Of a stretch of DNA of 32,000 nt, positions 7,896 to 30,428 are shown one piece after another (position 1 is the stretch's first letter; every line of letters begins with the position of its first letter). A program made the position numbers and the translations under genes. Under the pieces are notes generated by a model. That model searched no databases and had not been told where the DNA came from. It saw only the letters and a list, made by a program, of their open reading frames with translations. This DNA comes from Candidatus Heimdallarchaeota archaeon. Lineage in GTDB: Archaea > Asgardarchaeota > Heimdallarchaeia > Heimdallarchaeales > Heimdallarchaeaceae. The stretch lies in the NCBI GenBank assembly GCA_016840095.1, contig JAEOSZ010000102.1, positions 1,408-33,407 on the forward strand. Direction: 5' to 3'.

Positions 7896-8945
7896 CTACC
7901 ATTCTTGTACACTTTTTCTAAGTCTCTCTTCTTCCTCTTTCATCTTAGGAAGAAGGGGAATCACATCTTCAGCTAATCCCTTAAAATCACTTTTTATCTG
8001 CTTGGGATCTAATTCTTCAAATAAAATTCTGTAAATCCAATCAGTCAAATCCGCTAGTACTCTTTCGTAGAATAAATGGACAACAATTTCCTCGTTTAGT
8101 TTTATTGACTCTCGTATCTGCTTGTACTTTCGTTTAAAAGAAGGAATATTTTTCTGATTGAGATAGAACCAAATATCTTTTTCACAAGGAGCAAAATAGG
8201 TATTATCCCAATCTACTAAGTGGATTTCACCTTGTTTATCTAGAATAATGTTATGTCGGATTGGATCATTGTGACAAATTACATAATTCTCATGTGACAT
8301 CCCTAGTAGTTCTTGAGTAGTCTCTTCTAGATAATTAAAAGACTGCAAAATATCTGTCATTAAAGGTGTGATTATTCTTTTGAGTTTTAGAAATGTTTTA
8401 TCTTCTGAGATTGTACAAGCTGCAATTTCTTTTAAACACAATAACAAATCTTCTTTGAAGGTAATCTCATATTTATAGTACACTTCATCAGGTAAATTTA
8501 GATTTTCAGTTGAATCATGAATCTGAGCTATCAATTCTGCCAATTTTCTCAAAAAAGTAGGTGTCTTACTTTGCTTCTCTGAAACAATTTTACCATCTAT
8601 ATAGTTCCACAAAACCATTTTAGCTTCCTCAAACTCTGACATTAGATCCCCTTTAATGGTCTCTATTGGATAAGCAATGTTTTCTATTTTCTGTACATAG
8701 TGGAGTTTATGAGCAACCAATAATGAAAAATCAAGTTCTGTTATCTGATTACGATTCAATCGAGAAGGAAAATATAATTTCAAAAAATACTTCTTTTTTT
8801 CATTTGTAGTTATTACATAAGAAGCAGCTACTTCACCTATTGGAACAAATTTGAGGTTCTTTACTTCTATCGCATAAATTGCTTTTATTTTCTGCTTTAG
8901 TTTCATTTTTTCGATAGAAGGTTCAGTCTTCATTTTTGTACTCAC
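7896..8945 (-). CDS. Aminoglycoside/choline-kinase-type phosphotransferase family protein (APH fold)
   Basis: Catalytic loop CHNDPIRHNIIL (HxDxxxxN) followed by HLVDWDN (the D of the DxD/DFG-like motif). 349 aa. The substrate cannot be inferred. Confidence 0.7.
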   Translation of the reverse strand: MSTKMKTEPSIEKMKLKQKIKAIYAIEVKNLKFVPIGEVAASYVITTNEKKKYFLKLYFPSRLNRNQITELDFSLLVAHKLHYVQKIENIAYPIETIKGDLMSEFEEAKMVLWNYIDGKIVSEKQSKTPTFLRKLAELIAQIHDSTENLNLPDEVYYKYEITFKEDLLLCLKEIAACTISEDKTFLKLKRIITPLMTDILQSFNYLEETTQELLGMSHENYVICHNDPIRHNIILDKQGEIHLVDWDNTYFAPCEKDIWFYLNQKNIPSFKRKYKQIRESIKLNEEIVVHLFYERVLADLTDWIYRILFEELDPKQIKSDFKGLAEDVIPLLPKMKEEEERLRKSVQEW

Positions 8946-8963
8946 AAACGAATCAGTGTAAAA

Positions 8964-10343
8964 CTATTTTGAATGTTGTGAATTTTCAATCAGATCATTA
9001 TTCCTTCTATGTACTAAAAAGTAGTATACTGTGTAAATAATTATTGCAGCTGAAACAATGATAATTGCTGTAGTCAGAAAAACCCAATCAATCCCTAATT
9101 TATCCCAAACAGGAGTCAAACTTAAAGTAGAAACAGATCTTGAAAGCGATACGTAAAACCCTAATGCTCCTAAAGCCATTCCTCTCTGAATTTTCTTTGA
9201 TTCAATTGTAGTTCCAGCATTTACACCAATATAACTTGTCAAACTACTAGCACTATAGATCATATAAACAACAATTAACCACGATAATGAGTTCACAAAA
9301 ACCATAACAACAAGCATACTAGATGAAAGAATGAGTGTTGCAAATATTGGCCCCCTATATCCCAATTTATCAACGATTCTGCCCATGTAGGGTTTGAAAA
9401 ATATCAGCACCCCAGAAGTTATCCAAGCAATTTGTGCAACAGCATCAAGGGGTAAACCTTTCGCAACTACTAAGAATGGAAAGAAAGCCGTAACAACGTA
9501 TTCGAGAAATGCAATTACTAGTTGAACTAGATAAATAAAACTTAGTTTCTTTTGTTTTGTTACAATATACAATGACTTAAACATAGAAACAAAAGCTCCA
9601 CCCAGAGCTTTGAATTTAGAATCAACTTGCAATCTATCCTCCTTTTTCAGAACTTCAGGCATGAAGAATACTAGAGCTATAACCCCGACCAGAGAGATTC
9701 CTGCACCCCAAGAAAAAAGAATACGCAGTTGAGAAAGAGTAGTTGTTATTACTGGAATGGAATTAAGCTTTATACTTGAGATTGATAAAAGCGTAGAGAG
9801 GTTAATATTAGACCTTTTCAGCAGAAGAAATGCTAACAGTGCTCCAGATATTGCTCCTAAATCTGTACCTTGGAACAATCTACCTTGCACCTTCCCTAAG
9901 TCTTTGTTTTCCTCAACATCTGAGATATATGCAAAAATTACTGGCCAAAAGCAAGACATGCCTATAGCTAGGAATGTTACTGCTACAATAACCAAACTCC
10001 AATGAGAAGATAAAGCCAGAAATAAAAGACTTATTGTATAAAATCCTGTTCCAGCAATCAATAGAGGTTTTCTTCCAATCATCTGAGAAAAATGTGCTAA
10101 AGGAACCCTGAGAAAAATCTGATAGATATTCCTTAAAGCAAGAATAAAAGTAATTAACCATACAATTTGAGTTATATCATTCAGATGTAAACCAACATAG
10201 GACATAAAAATGGTCATTGAAAAACTGCCAACTACTCCCAATAAAATTGGGGAGAGCCTACGTCTATCATCCAAATACAATCGAGTTTTAACACTTGTCA
10301 ATGTTTTGGATATAAGATTGTCTTCGTTTTTCAATAATTTCAA
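8964..10343 (-). CDS. MFS-type transporter
   Basis: 459 aa with about 12 hydrophobic segments and an MFS-like loop motif (MIGRKPLL after TM2). It lies immediately upstream of the kinase-like gene on the same strand. There is no in-frame ATG/GTG near the N-terminus, so only TTG starts are possible and the start is uncertain. Confidence 0.65.
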   Translation of the reverse strand: MKLLKNEDNLISKTLTSVKTRLYLDDRRRLSPILLGVVGSFSMTIFMSYVGLHLNDITQIVWLITFILALRNIYQIFLRVPLAHFSQMIGRKPLLIAGTGFYTISLLFLALSSHWSLVIVAVTFLAIGMSCFWPVIFAYISDVEENKDLGKVQGRLFQGTDLGAISGALLAFLLLKRSNINLSTLLSISSIKLNSIPVITTTLSQLRILFSWGAGISLVGVIALVFFMPEVLKKEDRLQVDSKFKALGGAFVSMFKSLYIVTKQKKLSFIYLVQLVIAFLEYVVTAFFPFLVVAKGLPLDAVAQIAWITSGVLIFFKPYMGRIVDKLGYRGPIFATLILSSSMLVVMVFVNSLSWLIVVYMIYSASSLTSYIGVNAGTTIESKKIQRGMALGALGFYVSLSRSVSTLSLTPVWDKLGIDWVFLTTAIIIVSAAIIIYTVYYFLVHRRNNDLIENSQHSK

Positions 10344-10492
10344 ATCCAGTCTTTGGTAGATTGTCTATATTTAAGTTTTAAACATAGTGGATTAAGCTGA
10401 TGAAGAAATAAGAGTGTATTTGTATCAAAAAAATCGCTTTTCCTTTTCCACAATTTTAAAATAATCTCACTACATACTTGACTTAGGTTCAA

Positions 10493-11182
10493 ATGTTTCC
10501 ACACTCACCTCAATCAGCAGTACCTCCTGATAAACTCGTTCAACAAATGATTGTTCAAGCATTACAAGCTTTCTATATTAATGACCATGAAACTGGAGTA
10601 TATTTTCTTCAACAGATTAGAACTAACCTACCACGCTACATGTATCAATTAAATCCACAAATGAGAACTCTAGCAAAGGAAGTTGTTAAGCTACTCCAAG
10701 ATGGAAGTTTAGTACCAGATAGATCAACTGAGTCTGCAGCAGAATCTGCAATGGAAACTCATCCAGGATTATCGGGCGAAACTACAGAATATGTTGCACC
10801 AGCAGAAACAGTTAATCAAGAAATGCAACAACAAATACACCGACAATCACAAATGGTTGATGCACCTGAACTTACAGAAACTGACTTAGAAGGTCAAGCT
10901 ATAGATACTTCAAAAGATATTGTTTTCGAACCACAAAATGAACCAGTAGGAACTCCTGCTGAAGACATTCCAGCTGAGCATCCTGCAACACCTCCTCAAC
11001 ACCCAGATACACCTATTACAGAACCTCCATATGAAGAAACTGAAGCTCCTAGAGGTACATTACCGAGTGATTTCATATCTGAGTTATCTTCTGCAGTTAG
11101 TACTGTAAGAGACAAAAAGAAGAAAAAAAAGGATGAAAAACTAGTTGGTTCAATGGATGAGTTAGAGGATTTTGACTTCTAA
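10493..11182 (+). CDS. Hypothetical protein: short helical N-domain plus a long acidic/proline-rich low-complexity region
   Basis: 229-aa ORF. Residues from about 80 onward are E/P/T/Q-rich, followed by a KKKKKK tract and an acidic-aromatic C-terminus (MDELEDFDF). Confidence 0.5.
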   Translation: MFPHSPQSAVPPDKLVQQMIVQALQAFYINDHETGVYFLQQIRTNLPRYMYQLNPQMRTLAKEVVKLLQDGSLVPDRSTESAAESAMETHPGLSGETTEYVAPAETVNQEMQQQIHRQSQMVDAPELTETDLEGQAIDTSKDIVFEPQNEPVGTPAEDIPAEHPATPPQHPDTPITEPPYEETEAPRGTLPSDFISELSSAVSTVRDKKKKKKDEKLVGSMDELEDFDF

Positions 11183-11637
11183 GCTTTTGTATTTATTACT
11201 TTTACAACTGTCCAATCTTGTTTAATCAAGTGATCAACAGCAATTTCAACATTTTCCATGGTTTCCTTTAATCTTTCTTTTAACACTTCTTGAGGAATTG
11301 CAGAGTACATATTCTTTATTCCGCCATTTTCTAATGTTTCTTTCTCCATGGTTATCAAACCTTGTTTCATCATACTTTGAACAAGACGAACTGCAGTTGT
11401 ACGATCCTTTTTTACTCTATTTGCAATGTCCATTATGGATCTTCTTTCTTGTAGAGAATAGAAATAGATATTCACATGAGTACATTTTAATCCAAATACG
11501 AATTCAAAAATTGGACATACTTTGTAATTGCATTCCAAGAATTCACATCTACAACTCCCATGATCTAAGCTTTTTGATATTGTTTCTGGTAAATCAACTA
11601 AACATGGTTGTGCTCTCTTCTCTTTTTTCACAGACAT
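11179..11637 (-). CDS. Winged-helix (TrmB/MarR-like) transcription regulator with a Cys-rich N-terminal region
   Basis: The wHTH-like segment is SIMDIANRVKKDRTTAVRLVQSMMKQGLI. The N-terminal cluster is CRCEFLECNYKVC (CxC-x4-C-x4-C). I preferred ATG 11637 (GGAG about 11-14 nt upstream); the alternative start at 11706 adds a hydrophobic leader. Confidence 0.55.
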   Translation of the reverse strand: MSVKKEKRAQPCLVDLPETISKSLDHGSCRCEFLECNYKVCPIFEFVFGLKCTHVNIYFYSLQERRSIMDIANRVKKDRTTAVRLVQSMMKQGLITMEKETLENGGIKNMYSAIPQEVLKERLKETMENVEIAVDHLIKQDWTVVKVINTKA

Positions 11638-11721
11638 TACAATACACTCCGTATGTGTGATAAAAATACACAGCATAATAAATCTTACTGTTTTACGAAT
11701 TGCCAAAACAGAAGAATTTAT

Positions 11722-11769
11722 ATGGTGTGCAATTTATTTACACATAGATAAATTCTGTAATGGTGTGCA
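11722..11769. repeat. Two copies of the 10-nt direct repeat ATGGTGTGCA in the regulator/thioredoxin divergent intergenic region
   Basis: Read directly: the copies at 11722-11731 and 11760-11769 are identical. The second copy ends 3 nt before the trx ATG (11773). They are candidate operator sites. Confidence 0.4.
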
Positions 11770-11772
11770 GAA

Positions 11773-14711
<2,939 letters not shown>

Positions 14712-14721
14712 TTACTCCTAA

Positions 14722-16890
<2,169 letters not shown>

Positions 16891-17149
16891 TTACGGTTAT
16901 TGTCGGGTCTTTTCCCGAAAATAACATACTATAAAAAAGTAAATTTTATCATTTAAAAATACATTGGTTGGCACTATTAAAACGCCTAAAAAGACGTGAA
17001 AAAGGTTATTTTGAGGCTTTCAACTAGATATTGGTTTAATTTAATAAAAAAGATGCCTTACTTTTAAAGAAATAGCCTAATTTTAGATTCCAAATTTATA
17101 GTAAAAATGATAATTTTTCGAGTGATCGGAATACAACATCCAGGATTGT

Positions 17150-18508
<1,359 letters not shown>

Positions 18509-18582
18509 TATTTACATATTTAAAGCCAAAAAGAATATGTTAACTAGTAGAATATACATCAAAAAAATCTGTTTAATCATAG

Positions 18583-19284
<702 letters not shown>

Positions 19285-19291
19285 TTTGTAT

Positions 19292-19651
<360 letters not shown>

Positions 19652-19829
19652 TTAAACCAGAACGATTCGAATCAAAATTGCTAATTTTTAAGTTTTGTGT
19701 TCAAAAAATGGAGAACTCATTAAAACTTAACTAAACAATGAATGGGGTTGAAATAGTAATTTAAGTATCACAAAAACTTATATCTTCTATTGTTAACCTA
19801 TCTGCACTTTCAAATAAAAATAACTGTAG

Positions 19830-20219
<390 letters not shown>

Positions 20220-20224
20220 AGAAT

Positions 20225-20503
<279 letters not shown>

Positions 20504-20534
20504 AATCCTTTTTGATATGAATAAATTCGAAATG

Positions 20535-20542
20535 TTTAAATT
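20535..20542 (+). promoter_or_regulatory. TATA-like box TTTAAATT upstream of tRNA-Ser
   Basis: It lies 31-38 nt upstream of the tRNA 5' end (20573). Confidence 0.3.
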
Positions 20543-20572
20543 GAAAACAAATAGGGGAATAATAGAACCTTA

Positions 20573-20656
<84 letters not shown>

Positions 20657-20724
20657 CTTCTATAACTTCTTAAAAAAACTTGATTTCTTTATCAAATCTC
20701 CATATTTAAAAAGACTACATTTAA

Positions 20725-24143
<3,419 letters not shown>

Positions 24144-24295
24144 AATAAGTGAAATTTTACTATAACATTGATTTTTTTATTTAATTGAACGTTATTTTGT
24201 TAATATTTTCTCCCAACTACCCACGATAAACCTTAAGAATTAGCTAATAATCACTTACAATGTCGCGACTGTTAACCCTTTCTAATATAGGGTAA

Positions 24296-25778
<1,483 letters not shown>

Positions 25779-25779
<1 letters not shown>

Positions 25780-26276
25780 TGAGTTTAGTAGTCATATATA
25801 TATTCATGATTCTTGCGATTCTAGCAGCACTCTTTGCTTTAGAGTGTAGACGATTAATGTTCTCAATAATTGGCTTAATTGCTATGAATCTATTTCTCTG
25901 GGTATTGTTATTGTCCCTTAACGCAGTATTTCTAGCGTGGATACAACTCATTGTATATGGTGGTGGATTTACAGCATTATTCGTTGTAGTTGTAGCTTTA
26001 ACAGAAAAACAGAGAGACGAATCATTTGACTGGAAGAGATCTGTAATAGCTCTTGTTATCGTAGGCGCATTAATGGGCGTATCAATATGGGCAGTTACAG
26101 CTTCAGGTCTTAGTGTTACAATTGGAACAAGCACAATAGGAGATTCCTTACGTGCTCTATGGAACGAAAGATTAACTGATTTAATATTACAAGCTGTTGT
26201 ATTCTTTGCAACAACTGTAGGTGTTGGATCATTGTTTATACATCATAAGAAGAAAAAGGAGGAGGCAAAAGCATGA
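25779..26276 (+). CDS. NuoJ-like membrane subunit
   Basis: WIQLIVYGGGFTALFVVVVALT resembles the NuoJ V.YVGAI.VLFLFV.M motif. The start overlaps the previous stop (TAATG), with AGGAGGA upstream. Confidence 0.7.
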
Positions 26277-26587
26277 TTGAACAATTACACTTATTGATTC
26301 TCGGCATTGTCTTGTTCGGTGTTGGTTTGTATGCTTTACTTGGCAAACGAAATATCATCAAGATTCTTATGGGTATTGAAATAATGACAATTGCAATAAA
26401 TCTCGTGTTTATTTCATTGGGTGCCAACAGTACAAATGAACTGTTTACAAAATTTGCACAAATCTTTCCGTTGATATCAATCGCTATTGGTGCAGCAGTA
26501 CTTGCTGTAGGATTAGCAATAGCCATCAATAACTATCGTCACGCTAATAGCGTTGATACTGATGAGATGGCTACATTGAAGAGGTGA
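26273..26587 (+). CDS. NuoK-like membrane subunit
   Basis: LLGKRNIIKILMGIEIMTIAINLVFISLG matches the NuoK signature, including the conserved membrane Glu (GIEIM). ATGA overlap with the NuoJ-like stop. Confidence 0.8.
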   Translation: MIEQLHLLILGIVLFGVGLYALLGKRNIIKILMGIEIMTIAINLVFISLGANSTNELFTKFAQIFPLISIAIGAAVLAVGLAIAINNYRHANSVDTDEMATLKR

Positions 26588-28428
26588 TAAAAGTGGTACA
26601 AACAATAATATTATTCGCAATAATTTCTGTAGCAGTACCTATCATTGGTTCATTTCTCTCATTACTATTGAAGAAATTCCCAACTGTTAGAGACTTCTTC
26701 AGCGTATCTACAATAGCAGTATCAGCTATAATGTCAATTTTGATATTTGGTACTTATTCTGGAGAAACAGATTACCAATTAAGTTGGCTTAATTGGGGTA
26801 GTAATCAATCAGGAATTTATCTTGATTCATTATCAGTCTTGATGGTTCTAATAGTATCAATCTTAAGCATGCTAATCGCATTCTTCTCACTTGAATACAT
26901 GAGAGATGATGAACACAAAGCAAGATATTGGTTCTTCATTCAAATGTTCGTTGGAGGTATGCTTCTATTAGTTATTGCTCAAGATTTAGTATTGCTATTC
27001 CTTGGATGGGAAATAGTAGGACTTTGTTCTTGTTTCCTAATCGGTCACTACTTCATGAAGAAGGGTGAAGAAGGAGAAAAACCTGCAAAGAGTGGTATTA
27101 AAGCACTTATTATGACTGGTATTGGAGATGTTGGATTACTAGCATTCTTAGCTTGGGTTTATTATGAAAATAAACAACTTGGAATGAGCAATCCACTACT
27201 GTTGAATACATCTACACCTCTAGGAGGAACTTTCCCAATAATCATGAGTATTCTGTTGCTCTTAGCTCCAATAACAAAATCTGCACAATTCCCATTGCAA
27301 TCATGGTTAAGTGCGGGTGACACAGTTGATGTCGATGCGATGCAAGGTCCAACAACAGTTTCAGCATTAATACATGCCGCAACAATGGTTAAGGCTGGTG
27401 TCTACCTTGTTGCAAGATTCTCACCCATCTGGGATAATGAATTCTTCTACATTGTGTTAATGATAATTGCTGGAGTTTCTTGTATATTTGCTGCATTTGG
27501 AGCATTGGTTACAACAGACCTCAAAAGAGTTCTTGCTTACAGTACAATCTCACAGCTCAGTTACATGTTCTTAGCTTTCACAGTAAGAGAAGCTGGTGAT
27601 ACTGGTTTAATTGCTGGTCAAATGCACTTATTATCACACTCGATCTTCAAAGCTCTCCTGTTCTTGTCAGCAGGTGCAGTAATTCATTCTATTGCAAACG
27701 AAAGAGACATGAAGAAAATGGGTGGTTTGAGAAAAGAATTACCATGGATCTATGGATTTATGATGATTGGTGTTCTCGGATTAATGGGTATTCCAATAAT
27801 TACAAATGGTGGATATTCCAAAGAGATGATAATATCTGCAGCCTATGAAGCAGCAGTTCACGGTACCTCGATGCATTGGTTCACATTCATTGTAGGCGTT
27901 TTAGTAGCATTTCTAACAACATTATATGCTGCAAGAATGTTCTTTATGATTTTCCATGGCAAAAATAGAGGTGTACACGTACATAAACCAAAATATATCA
28001 TGAGAATTGTTCTTGGTATATTAGCTGTTGGAGTAGTTGCAACTGGTTTCGTAATTGAAGGTCCAGTTAGGAACTTCTTTACTGGAGACTCAGGATACCA
28101 TCTAATTCATCATTTCGCACTTGTTCCATTCTTATGTGCAATTGGTGCAATAATTCTTGGATTAGGTCTAGCTTATCTCCTCTATGGCAAAGGTCAAACT
28201 GAAGTAGGCTTTGTTGAAAACATTGGTGTTTTCAAAGCTCTTAGAACTTATGTAGCAAACGGTTTCTACATTGATCACTTCTACAACAAAGTATTCGTTC
28301 AACCTGTCTACTGGATTGGTAAGAAATTATCGTTCTTCAAGACTGGTAAGATTAACTGGAATATGATATTCGGAGGAATCGTGGCGTTACTTGTTGTAGT
28401 GGTCACATTAGTGGTGGTGATTGTCTGA
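26584..28428 (+). CDS. NuoL-like antiporter-type subunit
   Basis: [12 protein letters not shown]...[25 protein letters not shown] is the NuoL/ND5 core motif. 614 aa with a C-terminal extension consistent with a lateral helix plus anchor TM. GTG start overlaps the NuoK-like stop (GTGA). Confidence 0.85.
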   Translation: [614 protein letters not shown]

Positions 28429-29927
28429 TGAATCCATATCTATCCTTAATCTTGATAATACCAATTGCTGGTGCAGGGCTTTTAGCACTGTTTGAGCAAT
28501 TGAAGAAATTCTTAGCCAAATGGAAAATATGTACTGATTGTGTAAATCATGCTTTAGCAAGTATAATTGCTTTAGGAGTTTTTGGACTTTCTATTGTAGC
28601 AGCTTTCGTACCTTCATTCTTAACATGGCTCGAATCAACATACATTGGTGGATTACTAAGGTTTGGACAACTTGAAGCTGTGCTTATTGCAATATTCAGT
28701 TTCCTTGTCCTGATGGTAACAATATTCAGTGTTAACTACATGAAAGGTAAAAACGGAATTGGTTATTACTACGCCTTAATCTTTACACTACTCACTGGTT
28801 TAAGTGCAGTAACTATGGCAAATAACTTCATCACACTATTTGTTGGATGGGAACTATTTGCATTAAGTGCATACGTACTTGTATCTTTTGAGAGAGCAAA
28901 GAGAGGTGCAGTAGAAGCTTCAATGAAATACTTCATTATGTCTACTGCTGGTAGTATGCTAGTTTTAATTGCTACAGCCTTAACATATGGAATCTATGGA
29001 ACTGTTGAATACACAGCTATTACTGCTAGTGTTACTCCAATCGCTGCTATAATCATGGCACTATTTGTAGTAGGTTTCGCAGTAACAGCAGCTATGCTCT
29101 TACTTAATGCTTGGTTACCAGATGCCCACAGCTCTGCCCCTTCAACCATTTCAGCTTTACTTTCTGGAATTGTAGTTAAAGCAGGTGCAATAGGTATCTA
29201 CAGAACCTTATACTTTGCATTTTCGCCAGCTGTACTAAGTGCAGCAACTGGAGCTGTTGTCTCTTGGTTAGGTATCTTGACCATGATTGAAGGAAATTAC
29301 TTAGTTTTCGCTCAATTCAAGCGTGAAGATATTGTTGACTTCAAGAGAATTTTAGCATATTCAACAACTGTACATCTTGGATACATCATTTTAGGAATTG
29401 GATCCATGGCTCCTGATGCTTTAGGAGTTCAAGCTTCTGTATTCCACATACTTACACATTCTCTAGGTAAAGGTGGTCTGTTCTTGCTCAGTGGAGTTTT
29501 GATTACAGCACTTGGTTCAAGAGATATGAGAAAGATGACTGGTATCGGAAGAAGATCACCATTTATTGGTATAGTCCTAACAGTTGGTTTGCTTTCATTA
29601 GGAGGTATTCCAATAACTGCAGGATTTGCATCAAAACTAATGGTAATTCTTGCAACATTCAATGGTGGAGCTAACGCAGTTAATCCTTTGATGTTCATCA
29701 ACAGTATTCTGTTAGTAATAATGGCTATCATTAACTCCCTACTAGCTTTGGGAGGATATCTGTACATACTAAAGAAAATGCTCTTTGATGAACCAGATGG
29801 TGAAGATACAGGTAAGATAAAAATACCAATACTCCAAAAAATAGCTTTAGCTATAATTGTTATTGTTCTAATTGTTCTTGGTTTATGGCCAGATCTAATT
29901 GTGAGTAAAATAGCGCTTATAGTATAA
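28428..29927 (+). CDS. NuoM/NuoN/MrpD-like antiporter-type subunit
   Basis: NAWLPDAHSSAPSTISALLSGIVVKAGAIGIYR is the proton-pumping antiporter-like subunit motif. 499 aa. The start overlaps the previous stop (TGATG). Confidence 0.8.
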   Translation: MNPYLSLILIIPIAGAGLLALFEQLKKFLAKWKICTDCVNHALASIIALGVFGLSIVAAFVPSFLTWLESTYIGGLLRFGQLEAVLIAIFSFLVLMVTIFSVNYMKGKNGIGYYYALIFTLLTGLSAVTMANNFITLFVGWELFALSAYVLVSFERAKRGAVEASMKYFIMSTAGSMLVLIATALTYGIYGTVEYTAITASVTPIAAIIMALFVVGFAVTAAMLLLNAWLPDAHSSAPSTISALLSGIVVKAGAIGIYRTLYFAFSPAVLSAATGAVVSWLGILTMIEGNYLVFAQFKREDIVDFKRILAYSTTVHLGYIILGIGSMAPDALGVQASVFHILTHSLGKGGLFLLSGVLITALGSRDMRKMTGIGRRSPFIGIVLTVGLLSLGGIPITAGFASKLMVILATFNGGANAVNPLMFINSILLVIMAIINSLLALGGYLYILKKMLFDEPDGEDTGKIKIPILQKIALAIIVIVLIVLGLWPDLIVSKIALIV

Positions 29928-29931
29928 TCTA

Positions 29932-29969
29932 TTTTTCTTTTTCCTCTTTTTCTTTATTCAATTTTGTTT
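29932..29969 (+). terminator. Extended T-rich tract after the membrane-module operon
   Basis: ttttt c ttt tt cc tc ttttt c ttt ... tttt g ttt, starting 5 nt after the stop at 29927. Confidence 0.4.
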
Positions 29970-30047
29970 CATCAGATATTGATAGAAGATTTTCAAACTA
30001 TGTACTTCAAGAAAGTATTATAACAAAGTTGGTTTATAAAAGAAATA

Positions 30048-30419
30048 ATGATTTTAGAAATAATATCTGGGATTTTTTCAATTAGTGCTGGCACAATTAC
30101 TGCATTTCTCTGGATTTATGTAATCCTGAGAAAGAAAGGTCATTTGTTTATAGAACACTCCTTTGAGAGGTTATTCCATATAACAGCTGAATTCATAATG
30201 TCAATTCTAGCCATAATTGGAGGGATAGCACTAATATTAGAATTAACTTGGGGTTTGTATGTATTCTTATTCGCTTTGGGACTGATCCTTTATGCTATAG
30301 TTAATGCAATTGGTATTTATGGAAAAAAGGAATATACTTTGCTACTAATTATATTAATTAGTTCTGCAATTATTACAATAGCATTAGCAATTGTTGATTT
30401 TGTAGTACTAGTATTCTAA
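30048..30419 (+). CDS. Hypothetical small membrane protein (about 4 TM)
   Basis: 123 aa and almost entirely hydrophobic segments. I recognise no motif. Confidence 0.5.
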   Translation: MILEIISGIFSISAGTITAFLWIYVILRKKGHLFIEHSFERLFHITAEFIMSILAIIGGIALILELTWGLYVFLFALGLILYAIVNAIGIYGKKEYTLLLIILISSAIITIALAIVDFVVLVF

Positions 30420-30428
30420 TCACTTCCA

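Noticed and set aside
11020-11040. EPPYEE in the disordered protein as a PPxY late-domain/WW-binding motif
   Set aside because: The sequence is xPPY, not PPxY, so it does not meet the motif definition.
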